A stretch of DNA of 53,721 nt from assembly GCA_964638195.1 (NCBI GenBank), contig CAZXAV010000001.1:1-53721 (forward strand). The letters are read 5' to 3'. The notes under the pieces were generated by a model. That model was not told the DNA's origin. It searched no databases and worked only from the letters and a program-made list of their open reading frames with translations. The DNA is from an uncultured Prevotella sp. (GTDB lineage: Bacteria > Bacillota > Clostridia > Christensenellales > UBA1242). A program made the position numbers and the translations under genes. Of this stretch, positions 44,659-52,810 are shown in pieces (the first letter of the stretch is position 1; each line of letters starts with the position of its first letter).

Positions 44659-44831
44659 TCAATCACCCGACACCGTGCGGGAGTTGATACTGGCACCATA
44701 ATGGTTGCGGGTAATTCGCTTTCGTTACGACAACGGTTCGCCAAAATAATCGTGCATGGTGCCACCCCGCATTCACGGGCAATTTCAAACAATTTGCCTT
44801 TTACATATTTAATTTTCACAAACATATTCAT
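44646..44831 (-). CDS. Possible small LysM-like protein (61 aa); tentative
   Basis: The minus-strand ORF (track 44646-44915) contains 'IKYVKGKLFEIARECGVAPCTIILANRCRNESELPATIMVPV'. This follows the LysM pattern (y.Vk.GDtL..IA..ygv....l...N.......l..g..l.iP). An internal ATG at 44831 would give 61 aa. The region otherwise appears to be a 171-nt non-coding gap. Confidence 0.3.
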   Translation of the reverse strand: MNMFVKIKYVKGKLFEIARECGVAPCTIILANRCRNESELPATIMVPVSTPARCRVIDYPK

Positions 44832-46323
44832 GTGTATGCGCGCGTTTACCAAATCAGTGCTTGTGATTACCGCGTTCGCCGCCTTGACGCGCTTGATTGG
44901 TTTTGTTTTCCGCATCTTCTTGTCGCGGTTGTTGGGTGCCGAAATGTTGGGTGTCTATCAAACGGCACTCAGCATTTTTATGATTTTGTTGACCATCATT
45001 AGCAGTGGTTTGCCGTTAGTGATTTCGCGTGAAGTTGCGAAAAACCCACCACACAGTCCACAAATCCGTTCCTTGACCGTAGCAGGCTTATTGGTCGGCA
45101 TTGTCACTTCCCTGTTGCTTTGCGGTGCAGTCTTATTAGGTCACAATCTCTTGGGCTTAATTTTTACCGACCAACGTTGCATTGGGATTCTGTTCGCCTT
45201 ACTGCCCGCTTTGGTTGCCAGCAGCGTGTACAGTGTCTTACGTGCGATTTGGTGGGGCGAAAAGAAATTTTTCTTACTGGGTTTAACCGAGTTAATTGAA
45301 CAAATTGCCCGTGTCGTTTTGTTCGTGCCGTTATTGGGGATTGCGTTTTATTTTGCTGATTTGGCACACGTGGCGGCATGGTCTTTCACTGGGGCGTGCG
45401 TTGTTTCCGCCTTGGTGGTGGTCATCATTTTTTTACGTTGCCGCCATTGGGAACGTGCCCCACTGCATCCACAACAATACATTACCCCGCTGCTTAAAGC
45501 CGCGACGCCCATTACGGGTGTGCGTTTGTTTTCCAGTCTGACCATTCCCGTTGTGACCGTACTACTACCATTACGCTTAGTGGCTGCGGGTTGGGAAAAT
45601 GCCGCTGCGATTGCCCACTTAGGTATTATCACGGGCATGACACTTCCCCTACTCACCATTCCGTCAACCGTAATTTCTTCCTTAGCCACCGCGTTGGTTC
45701 CCGAACTATCTAATATGATTAACGCGCAACAATGGACCGCTGTACGCCGCCAAATTCGCACTGTGTTGCGTTTTACTATCTTTATCAATTTCTGCTTTAT
45801 CCCGCTCTACCTAGCGCTTGGCACCCCCATTGGTGACTTTTTATACGCAGATATTAACAGTGGAATCTATCTCGCCCGTTCCGCGTGGGTGATGTTGCCG
45901 ATGTCATTATCCCAGATTACCAACACGACTTTGAACGCAATGAATCGCGAAAATTTAACCATCCGCAACTACGCGATTGGAACAGTAATTCTGTTGCTGA
46001 TAATTTGGTTTATGCCCGCGGTGATTGGTGCGGATGCCGTTTTATTGGGCATGGGTGCCGCCATGACCGTGTCCACCATATTGAATCTGATGGCAATTCA
46101 CAAAGCCACCAACTGGCGTGGAGTTGATCCAACCTTACCCACGATTTTCAGTTATCTGTTGATTGGTATCCCCGTTTTCGCTTTGGGCTATTTCACTTAT
46201 CAACTGGGTACGGCTTTACCCTTAATCATCAATTTGCTTCTGGCGGGCGGCGTGGCGGAATTAGCCTTCTTCGGCTTGTGTTGGGCAACTAATTTGTTTA
46301 CAATTCCCATTAAGCGGCAATAA
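44830..46323 (+). CDS. MOP-superfamily flippase (SpoVB/MurJ-like polysaccharide or lipid II flippase)
   Basis: It is a polytopic membrane protein. The start 'MCMRAFTKSVLVITAFAALTRLIGFVFRIFLSRLLGAEMLGVYQ...SSGLPLVISREVAK' is typical of SpoVB/MurJ N-termini. The track ORF starts at 44701, but the first 43 residues look non-coding. Confidence 0.75.
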   Translation: MCMRAFTKSVLVITAFAALTRLIGFVFRIFLSRLLGAEMLGVYQTALSIFMILLTIISSGLPLVISREVAKNPPHSPQIRSLTVAGLLVGIVTSLLLCGAVLLGHNLLGLIFTDQRCIGILFALLPALVASSVYSVLRAIWWGEKKFFLLGLTELIEQIARVVLFVPLLGIAFYFADLAHVAAWSFTGACVVSALVVVIIFLRCRHWERAPLHPQQYITPLLKAATPITGVRLFSSLTIPVVTVLLPLRLVAAGWENAAAIAHLGIITGMTLPLLTIPSTVISSLATALVPELSNMINAQQWTAVRRQIRTVLRFTIFINFCFIPLYLALGTPIGDFLYADINSGIYLARSAWVMLPMSLSQITNTTLNAMNRENLTIRNYAIGTVILLLIIWFMPAVIGADAVLLGMGAAMTVSTILNLMAIHKATNWRGVDPTLPTIFSYLLIGIPVFALGYFTYQLGTALPLIINLLLAGGVAELAFFGLCWATNLFTIPIKRQ

Positions 46324-46331
46324 CTTAAACA

Positions 46332-46796
46332 ATGCTTACCATTGTGATTCGGGTGATTATTATTTACTTCATCGCGATTGTTGTGATGCGATTGATGGGC
46401 AAACGACAAATTGGCGAAATGGAACCGTTTGAATTGGTGATTACTTTAATTATTGCTGATTTAGCCACGATCCCGATGGCTGACCCCACCATTCCGATCT
46501 GGTACGGAATTTTGCCGTTACTGGTCATACAAGTCATTCACTTCTTTGTCGTCAAACTGCAATGCAAAAGTGAAACCGTCCGCAACATTCTATCGGGCTC
46601 ACCCGTGATTGTGGTTTCACCGTCGGGCATTGACCGCAAGAAATTAAAAGAACTAGATATTTGCGAAGACGAGTTAATGGAATTATTACGCGGCAAAGAC
46701 ATCTTTGACATCAAAGATATTGATTATGCGATTTTGGAAAGCAGCGGGAAATTATCGGTCGTCCCGAAAGGCGAAGGGGAAAAGGTGTCATTATGA
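46332..46796 (+). CDS. DUF421 (YetF-like) membrane protein
   Basis: The sequence 'IVIRVIIIYFIAIVVMRLMGKRQIGEMEPFELVITLIIADLA' is the hallmark DUF421 N-terminus. Confidence 0.8.
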   Translation: MLTIVIRVIIIYFIAIVVMRLMGKRQIGEMEPFELVITLIIADLATIPMADPTIPIWYGILPLLVIQVIHFFVVKLQCKSETVRNILSGSPVIVVSPSGIDRKKLKELDICEDELMELLRGKDIFDIKDIDYAILESSGKLSVVPKGEGEKVSL

Positions 46797-47188
46797 AGCG
46801 TTGGATTGCAACTATCTGTATTGTTTTACTGATTGCCGCGGTAGTCATTTGGGAACAAATTTACGTCAATCAAACCTTCCAACACATGGAAGACCAGATT
46901 AACACTTTAATTGCCGCGGTCGAAGTCTGCGGTGATGAAGACGCCGACACCGACGAAAACAAAGCCCAAATTGCCGCGATTGAAGATTACTGGTTAAAAC
47001 GGGAACGGGTACTGTGTTACTTAGTCAAACATACCGAGACTTTCCAAATCAGTGATGCCATTATTTACGCCAAAAATTTCATTGAATTTGGCAACAAAGA
47101 AGAAGTCATGTCCGCTTTACGCAAATTAGAGTATTTGGTGCGCGTCCACAGTTACAACATGGGCACCAGTTTGGAGAACATCATTTAA
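46793..47188 (+). CDS. DUF4363-like small membrane protein
   Basis: The ORF is 131 aa with an N-terminal TM segment and a helical remainder. It overlaps the DUF421 gene by 4 nt (ATGA). The DUF421-DUF4363 pair is a common arrangement in Clostridia. Confidence 0.55.
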   Translation: MKRWIATICIVLLIAAVVIWEQIYVNQTFQHMEDQINTLIAAVEVCGDEDADTDENKAQIAAIEDYWLKRERVLCYLVKHTETFQISDAIIYAKNFIEFGNKEEVMSALRKLEYLVRVHSYNMGTSLENII

Positions 47189-49745
47189 CGGGTGCTAAAA
47201 TCGTTTTCAAGAATTGCCCAGTAAAACTGCCCGCTACTTTGCTGACGGCTTCGGGCGTACCTGTCGCAATGACTTGCCCACCGCCGTTACCACCTTCGGG
47301 TCCCATGTCAATGATGTAATCTGCCACTTTAATCACGTCCAGATTGTGTTCAATCATAACCATGGTATTACCCGCATCGACCAAACGATTTAACACTTCA
47401 ATTAAATTCTTCACGTCATAAGTCGACAAGCCCGTGGTGGGTTCATCCAAAATGTACATCGTTTGCCCCGTCATCGGTCGTGCCAATTCGGTGGCTAATT
47501 TCACCCGTTGCGCTTCCCCGCCTGATAATTCGGTGGCAGGTTGACCCAACTTAATGTACCCCAGACCGACATCTTGTAAGGTTTGTAATTTCTTCGCAAT
47601 CTTCGGGTGGTTCGCAAAGAACTCACTAGCTTCGTCCACGGTCATTTCCAAAATATCCCAAATGTTTTTGCCTTTGTAATAAATGGACAATGTTTCGCGG
47701 TTAAAACGTTTACCATCGCAAACATCACATTTAACATAAATATCGGGCAAGAAATGCATTTCAATTTTTTGCGTGCCGTCACCTTCGCAATTTTCACAAC
47801 GTCCCCCGGGCACATTAAACGAGAAGCGTCCCGGCGCAAAACCACGTTCTTTCGCATCCTTGGTCGCAGCAAATAATTCACGCACCAACGTCCACAAGCC
47901 CGTATACGTGGCTGGATTGCTGCGTGGTGTGCGTCCGATGGGACTTTGGTCGATTCGGATAATTTTATCAATGTAGGGCTTACCAATGCCGTTTTGCAGC
48001 CCTTGGAAGAGTTCGTAATTCACCAAACTGCTTTTGCCACTACCCGACACCCCCGTAACCACGGTTAATACACCGACGGGGAAACCGACATCAATGTGAC
48101 GTAAATTATTGGTCTTTGCATCACGTACCCAAATCATATCTTTACCAATTGGACGACGTTTGGTCGGAATTGCAATTTGCTCACGTCCCGACAAGAAACT
48201 GCCTGTCACCGAACGGGGACAGTCAATCACATCTTGCACTGTACCCGCCACCACAATTTCGCCACCATGAACCCCGGCATGCGGTCCAACGTCCACGATG
48301 AAATCCGCACTGCGAATCGTTTCTTCGTCGTGCTCTACCACCACCAAAGTGTTACCTTGGTCACGTAAGTGCATTAACGCCGCCAATAACTGTTGGTTGT
48401 CGCGTTGGTGCAAACCGATACTGGGTTCATCCAAAATATACAGCACTCCCACCAAGCCTGCCCCAATTTGGGTTGCCAAGCGAATACGTTGACTTTCACC
48501 GCCCGACAATGAACTCGCACTGCGCGCCAAAGTCAAATAATGCAAACCCACGTCCACCAAGAATTGACAACGTGCTAAGACTTCTTTGACAATTGGTTGT
48601 GCGGTAACCGCCGCGGCGCCCGTCAATTTCAATTGACGCACCACTTCAATCATTGCGGTAATCGGCATGGCGGTTAATTCCGCAATGTTGCGACCGCCGA
48701 CCGTAACCGCCAACACTTCGGGTTTTAATTTTTGCCCGTGGCAAGACGGACAGTCATCTTCGATAATCATCTTCGCCAAAGCATTCCGCACGTATTCACT
48801 GCTAGTTTCGCGGTAACGGGTCATGACTTCTTCTGGGGTCATGTAGCGGATTGATTCAAACGAACATTGCTTAATTTTTTCGGGATCCATGCGCGCCACA
48901 AATCCCAAACCGTTACATTTTTCGCACGCGCCAAACGGGCTATTGAACGAGAAACTACGCGGCTCTAATTCGGGAATCGAAATGCCACAATCTACGCAAG
49001 CCAACTTGTCCGAGAACGTCCGACTTTCATCACCGCAAACAATCGTGACCAAGCCGTTGGTTAAACGCAAAGCAATCTCAATGCCGTCCACCAAACGCGT
49101 ACGTTCGTCGTTTAACGCCTTCAAACGGTCTACAACGACATTGATGTTGTGTTTTAGGTTTTTATCAAGTTTGATTTCTTCGTCCAATGTCCATAGGTTT
49201 CCGTCGATTTTAATGCGAACAAAACCGCTTTTCCGCAATTCTTCAAACCGTTTCTCAAAACTGCCTTTGGCGCCACGGACGATCGGGGCTTCAATGTAAA
49301 TTTGTTGTTCGGAATAATGCTGATAGATTTGGTCAATGATTTGGTCGACCGTTTGGCGTTCCACCACTTTCCCGCAATGCGGACAATGTGGAATCCCAAT
49401 GCGGGCATACAGCAACCGTAAATAATCATAAATTTCGGTCACCGTCCCCACGGTCGAACGTGGGTTGTTGTTGGTTGTTTTTTGGTCAATCGCAATCGAC
49501 GGTGACAAGCCCGTAATTTTGTCCACGTCGGGCTTTTGCATTTGTCCTAAGAACATACGGGCATACGAACTCAAACTTTCCATAAAACGGCGCTGACCTT
49601 CGGCATACAACGTGCCAAACGCCAAACTACTTTTACCACTACCCGACACACCCGTAAATACGACTAACTTGTTCCGCGGAATCGTTACATCCACATTTTT
49701 CAAATTATTTTCCCGCGCACTGGTAATCACGATTTCATCTAACAT
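47181..49745 (-). CDS. uvrA: Excinuclease ABC subunit A, short form (854 aa) lacking most of the insertion domain
   Basis: There are two ABC ATPase modules ('GVSGSGKSSLAF', 'GVSGSGKSSLVN', 'LSGGEsQRIRLA', 'LSGGEAQRVKLA') and zinc-module cysteines ('CPHCG', 'CVDCG', 'CEKCNG', 'CPSCHG', 'CENCEGDG', 'CDVCDG'). It matches UvrA end to end, except for a short linker where the insertion domain normally sits. Confidence 0.9.
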   Translation of the reverse strand: MLDEIVITSARENNLKNVDVTIPRNKLVVFTGVSGSGKSSLAFGTLYAEGQRRFMESLSSYARMFLGQMQKPDVDKITGLSPSIAIDQKTTNNNPRSTVGTVTEIYDYLRLLYARIGIPHCPHCGKVVERQTVDQIIDQIYQHYSEQQIYIEAPIVRGAKGSFEKRFEELRKSGFVRIKIDGNLWTLDEEIKLDKNLKHNINVVVDRLKALNDERTRLVDGIEIALRLTNGLVTIVCGDESRTFSDKLACVDCGISIPELEPRSFSFNSPFGACEKCNGLGFVARMDPEKIKQCSFESIRYMTPEEVMTRYRETSSEYVRNALAKMIIEDDCPSCHGQKLKPEVLAVTVGGRNIAELTAMPITAMIEVVRQLKLTGAAAVTAQPIVKEVLARCQFLVDVGLHYLTLARSASSLSGGESQRIRLATQIGAGLVGVLYILDEPSIGLHQRDNQQLLAALMHLRDQGNTLVVVEHDEETIRSADFIVDVGPHAGVHGGEIVVAGTVQDVIDCPRSVTGSFLSGREQIAIPTKRRPIGKDMIWVRDAKTNNLRHIDVGFPVGVLTVVTGVSGSGKSSLVNYELFQGLQNGIGKPYIDKIIRIDQSPIGRTPRSNPATYTGLWTLVRELFAATKDAKERGFAPGRFSFNVPGGRCENCEGDGTQKIEMHFLPDIYVKCDVCDGKRFNRETLSIYYKGKNIWDILEMTVDEASEFFANHPKIAKKLQTLQDVGLGYIKLGQPATELSGGEAQRVKLATELARPMTGQTMYILDEPTTGLSTYDVKNLIEVLNRLVDAGNTMVMIEHNLDVIKVADYIIDMGPEGGNGGGQVIATGTPEAVSKVAGSFTGQFLKTILAPVK

Positions 49746-49752
49746 AATCTTT

Positions 49753-49781
49753 ATTATATCTCATTTTGCGAAACTTTTCAA
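49753..49781 (-). promoter_or_regulatory. Promoter TTGAAA-17-TATAAT for uvrA, with leaderless geometry
   Basis: On the minus strand, TTGAAA is at 49781-49776, followed by a 17-nt spacer, TATAAT at 49758-49753, and 7 nt (AAAGATT) to ATG 49745. There is no SD. Confidence 0.6.
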
Positions 49782-49787
49782 TCCCAG

Positions 49788-50261
49788 TTAATCAGCATAA
49801 TTGGCTTTGGCTAATTTACGAATTTTTTGAATGGTGTTATCCACTTTCTTTTTACTGATTCCGAAAATCTCGCAAATTTCTTGATAGGAATAACCTTGAA
49901 AATAAGCATTGAAAATCGCACGTTCAACTGCACTGCAATCGTCCAAAGCCTCGTGCAAAATTTTCAGCAATTCTTTCACGTCACCGTTACGCACATCACC
50001 CGCATAATCTTCCGTCGGCAAAGTCGTTTCAAACAGCACGGTTGGTTCGGCTTCGCGTTTCCGAATTTCGTCAATGATGTGGTTGCGAATTACGACACTG
50101 GCATAAGTCTCAAATTTCGCACCGCCCTGCGCTTTATAAGTCCGTTCGGCTTTCAACAGTGCCAACATGCCTTCTTGAAACAAATCATCTTCCGCCATGC
50201 CCGTATTTTCAAATTTACGGATAACCGCACGCACCAATCGTTCGTGTTCGTAGTTCATCAT
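49788..50261 (-). CDS. Compact sigma-70-family RNA polymerase sigma factor (157 aa) in the sigH genomic position
   Basis: Region 2 is 'DLFQEGMLALLKAERTYKAQGGAKFETYASVVIRNHIIDEIRK'. The region 4 HTH is 'YSYQEICEIFGISKKKVDNTIQKIRKL'. It overlaps the rlmB stop by 4 nt (ATGA). Confidence 0.75.
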   Translation of the reverse strand: MMNYEHERLVRAVIRKFENTGMAEDDLFQEGMLALLKAERTYKAQGGAKFETYASVVIRNHIIDEIRKREAEPTVLFETTLPTEDYAGDVRNGDVKELLKILHEALDDCSAVERAIFNAYFQGYSYQEICEIFGISKKKVDNTIQKIRKLAKANYAD

Positions 50262-50974
50262 AAATTCCTTTGTCGGTTTACTTCATACAACGCAATTGCT
50301 GTCGCACTGCCTACGTTCAAACTGTTCACTTTCCCGTGCATGCGAATCGTAACAATGCCGTCCACCAACTTCCGCGTCAATTGGTGAATGCCGTTGCCTT
50401 CGCTGCCCATCACCAAAGCCACCGGTCCTTTCAAATTGACTTTGGAAATTTCCATGCCACCCAATTCGACCCCGTAAATCCAGAAGCCTTTGTCTTTCAA
50501 GCGTTGGATTTCTTGGTTGACGTTCACAACTTTACAAATTTGCACGTTGGCTGCCGCACCTTGGCTGACGCGCATCGCGGTATCGTTTACGGTAACACTG
50601 CGGTTCTTTGGCAAAATAATGCCGTCCACGCCCATGCATTCCGCCGTACGGATAATGTTGCCCAAATTGTGTGGATCTTCAATCCCGTCCAAGATTAAGA
50701 ACAATGGTTGTTTCCCTTGGGCATAAGCATTTTCAATCACTTCTTTCAAATCAAAATACTGGTAATTGGTGACGTAAGCCACGACCCCTTGATGGTTCTT
50801 AGATTTGCTGATTTTGTCCAAAGCCGCTTTATCGACAAACTGATAAGTTACCCCCGAAGCCTTAATGCGTTCAATTAAATGTTGGTCACGTAAATTCGGT
50901 GACACCAAAATTTTATCAATCGTGCCGTTCCCGTCCAAAGCCTGTGCAACACTGTTTCGTCCTTCGATTAACAT
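50258..50974 (-). CDS. rlmB: TrmH-family 23S rRNA (guanosine-2'-O-)-methyltransferase
   Basis: The ORF is 238 aa. The SpoU/TrmH motifs are 'LILDGIEDPHNLGNIIRTAECMGVDGIILP', 'LVMGSEGNGI' and 'SLNVGSATAIALYE'. It sits next to mrnC, as in Bacillus. Confidence 0.8.
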   Translation of the reverse strand: MLIEGRNSVAQALDGNGTIDKILVSPNLRDQHLIERIKASGVTYQFVDKAALDKISKSKNHQGVVAYVTNYQYFDLKEVIENAYAQGKQPLFLILDGIEDPHNLGNIIRTAECMGVDGIILPKNRSVTVNDTAMRVSQGAAANVQICKVVNVNQEIQRLKDKGFWIYGVELGGMEISKVNLKGPVALVMGSEGNGIHQLTRKLVDGIVTIRMHGKVNSLNVGSATAIALYEVNRQRNL

Positions 50975-51381
50975 TAGTATTGAATCTCCTTCATGCGGGC
51001 AATGTTCAGCGCCGCGTTAATTTTACCCAAGTTCCCCGTTACGTGCCAAAAGCCAATCAAGGCTTCCACAGCAGTGGCTCGTTTGTAATTGGCTAAGGTC
51101 GACGATTTTGGAACATTGTTATTGTGGGCATTGCGCGCGCGTTTGACAATATCTTTTTCCAGTGGCGTAAAAGTTGGCTCTAATTGCTGATAAATTTCGC
51201 TTTGGAAATTAGCACATTCGTACGACGTAGCAATACTGTGCATTTCCCCTGCCTTGCTGTAATTGGCAACGTTTTCCAACAACATCACGGCACGAATATT
51301 ATACGACCACACTGCATCACCGACAAAGGCAAGATACAGCGGGTTTAATTGACTGGCGTCTTTTTCTGAGATTAAATTCAT
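50974..51381 (-). CDS. mrnC: Mini-ribonuclease 3
   Basis: 'LNPLYLAFVGDAVWSYNIR' is the RNase III-like catalytic signature of Mini-III, and 'YKRATAVEALIGF' is also present. The start is taken at ATG 51381 (MNLISEKD...). The stop shares one base with the rlmB start (TAATG at 50972-50976). The track ORF extends to 51471. Confidence 0.75.
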   Translation of the reverse strand: MNLISEKDASQLNPLYLAFVGDAVWSYNIRAVMLLENVANYSKAGEMHSIATSYECANFQSEIYQQLEPTFTPLEKDIVKRARNAHNNNVPKSSTLANYKRATAVEALIGFWHVTGNLGKINAALNIARMKEIQY

Positions 51382-51388
51382 ACATATA

Positions 51389-51418
51389 AGAATATCATTA
51401 AACATGGAACAAGTGCAA
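51389..51418 (-). promoter_or_regulatory. Candidate promoter TTGCAC-18-(TGa)TATTCT for mrnC-rlmB-sigma, with leaderless geometry
   Basis: On the minus strand, TTGCAC is at 51418-51413 and TGA-TATTCT at 51397-51389, followed by 7 nt (TATATGT) to ATG 51381. There is no SD. Confidence 0.4.
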
Positions 51419-51832
51419 TTTATTTTACAACACCGCGGCACAGTGACGCTCAACCACGAGTACACTGTCACTTTGGAAGCCGGTCAAGCCTTGCAAATTG
51501 ATTGGTTCCCCGACAATGATTTAATTGTTTCCACCGCCAACCACAATGCCTATTATAACGTCAAGAATACCACCCAGATTGCGCCAAACACCTATTTGAT
51601 ACAAATTGTCACCACGACCGACTTGCACGATTTACCGGTCAAATTTGAGCGCGAGCCGTACCTTGTGGCGGGCAATGTTGTCATCAACCAAGCCGACCAA
51701 ACCTACTTAACCGCCGACCAGTTAGACATCACGCCCGACGAAATCGTGGCTGCCCACGGCAACCATGTCACCCGTGTTTTGTTCAGCGGTGACAAAGTTG
51801 CCACCGAACATTATGTGAAAAAGACAAAATAA
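51404..51832 (+). CDS. Hypothetical protein (142 aa)
   Basis: This is a clean ORF with ordinary local composition, divergent from mrnC with start codons 22 nt apart. I recognise no family. It appears beta-rich and has no TM segment. Confidence 0.45.
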   Translation: MEQVQFILQHRGTVTLNHEYTVTLEAGQALQIDWFPDNDLIVSTANHNAYYNVKNTTQIAPNTYLIQIVTTTDLHDLPVKFEREPYLVAGNVVINQADQTYLTADQLDITPDEIVAAHGNHVTRVLFSGDKVATEHYVKKTK

Positions 51833-51836
51833 TTAC

Positions 51837-52418
51837 TTACCAACCCATGCTATTCTTTAATTGGCTGACATAATAGGAAGCGTCACCACCATAGGGATAA
51901 ACATTACCAGTTGTCCAATAAGTATATGAATGACCATTTTCTTTTAATTCAATGCCAACATACATTTGAATGCGACCATAACCACTGGTGATTAAGGCTC
52001 CGTAAACATCGCAAAAGATAATGAATTTGTTATCGCCATCATCAGTTATATAGTTATTAGCATACCAAGTATTCAAATTTTCATATCTTAATTGTTTATT
52101 GATAACTTTTTCTGCGTATTCTTTGGCTAAATCAATTTTTTCATCATAAGTTTTTGGTCGATTATAATTATAAATGCTCACGCCAATAATTACACTTGCA
52201 ATCACAATTGCTACCACGATTAACGTTATAACAGCCTTACGATTTACTTTTTTACGCGGTCGATCAAGACTTCCACCCACCGTCATTCGATTGCCGAAAC
52301 TATCTTGCATCCCGATTTCTTGGGGATAAAAATTGGGATTTAGCATTCTTGTTTTACAATTTGGACAAGCCACACACAGACTTGTATCAACTTCATTACC
52401 ACAATTTGGACATTTCAT
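51837..52418 (-). CDS. Zinc-ribbon, single-pass membrane protein (193 aa)
   Basis: The N-terminus is 'MKCPNCGNEVDTSLCVACPNCKTRM' (CxxC...CxxC). The TM segment is 'VITLIVVAIVIASVIIGVSIY', followed by a roughly 110-aa extracytoplasmic domain. AGGAGA SD is present. The gene is very AT-rich. Confidence 0.6.
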   Translation of the reverse strand: MKCPNCGNEVDTSLCVACPNCKTRMLNPNFYPQEIGMQDSFGNRMTVGGSLDRPRKKVNRKAVITLIVVAIVIASVIIGVSIYNYNRPKTYDEKIDLAKEYAEKVINKQLRYENLNTWYANNYITDDGDNKFIIFCDVYGALITSGYGRIQMYVGIELKENGHSYTYWTTGNVYPYGGDASYYVSQLKNSMGW

Positions 52419-52430
52419 AATGTATCTCCT

Positions 52431-52676
52431 TTATAAGTGCCATGGTTTACCGTCAAATAAACAAATAATGGTCGGTATCCACAAAAGAATTCCACCAAAC
52501 AACAAATGCAAAAGAATACTATGACCACCGACAGCAACATGTCCACCATTTGAATTTTGGTTTTGCACGACAATTTGTGGTTGGCTGTATTGTTGTTGTT
52601 TTAACACTGCCCGACAGTTCGGACAGACTTTATAAACCTCCTCATCAACTTTGGTTCCGCAATTCGGACAAAACAT
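52431..52676 (-). CDS. Small zinc-ribbon membrane protein (81 aa)
   Basis: The N-terminus is 'MFCPNCGTKVDEEVYKVCPNCRAVL', followed by a Q-rich linker and the hydrophobic C-terminus 'ILLHLLFGGILLWIPTIICLF'. A perfect AAGGAGGT SD lies 6 nt upstream. Confidence 0.55.
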   Translation of the reverse strand: MFCPNCGTKVDEEVYKVCPNCRAVLKQQQYSQPQIVVQNQNSNGGHVAVGGHSILLHLLFGGILLWIPTIICLFDGKPWHL

Positions 52677-52717
52677 ATTTTTACCTCCTTTGTATCAATT
52701 CCAGATACAGATGATAT

Positions 52718-52746
52718 AATATAGCCGAATATATTCATATAGTCAA
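52718..52746 (-). promoter_or_regulatory. Promoter TTGACT-17-TATATT of the zinc-ribbon operon, with an operator palindrome in the spacer
   Basis: On the minus strand, TTGACT is at 52746-52741, followed by the 17-nt spacer ATATGAATATATTCGGC and TATATT at 52723-52718. The spacer contains the perfect 10-bp palindrome GAATATATTC. Confidence 0.6.
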
Positions 52747-52776
52747 CGAATATTTTCGCATACCGAATATATTTGG
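52725..52776. promoter_or_regulatory. Three operator-like CGAATAT(A)TT repeats between the XRE gene and the zinc-ribbon operon
   Basis: The three copies are CCGAATATATTC (52725-52736, core palindrome GAATATATTC), CGAATATTTTCG (52747-52758) and CCGAATATATTTGG (52763-52776). All lie in the 134-nt divergent intergenic region. Confidence 0.5.
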
Positions 52777-52810
52777 CTACCCTATGGAAATAATTTGAGA
52801 TAATATAGCT

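Noticed and set aside
44701-44829. The 43-residue N-terminal extension of the flippase ORF (MVAGNSLSLRQRFAKIIVHGATPHSRAISNN...).
   Set aside because: The extension has no membrane character. The canonical SpoVB/MurJ N-terminus begins at MCMRAFTKSV (ATG 44830/44836). The extension is better explained as non-coding, or as the shadow of the minus-strand LysM-like ORF.
45348-45788. A 146-aa minus-strand ORF inside the flippase gene, together with 50270-50698 (+) inside rlmB and 49827-50387 (+) opposite the sigma and rlmB genes.
   Set aside because: These are antisense to genes with strong family motifs. Their translations are unremarkable or low-complexity, and they have no independent expression signals.
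49746-49787. I looked for a LexA/SOS (Cheo) box in the uvrA promoter region.
   Set aside because: The 42-nt region CTGGGATTGAAAAGTTTCGCAAAATGAGATATAATAAAGATT contains no GAAC-N4-GTTC-type palindrome.
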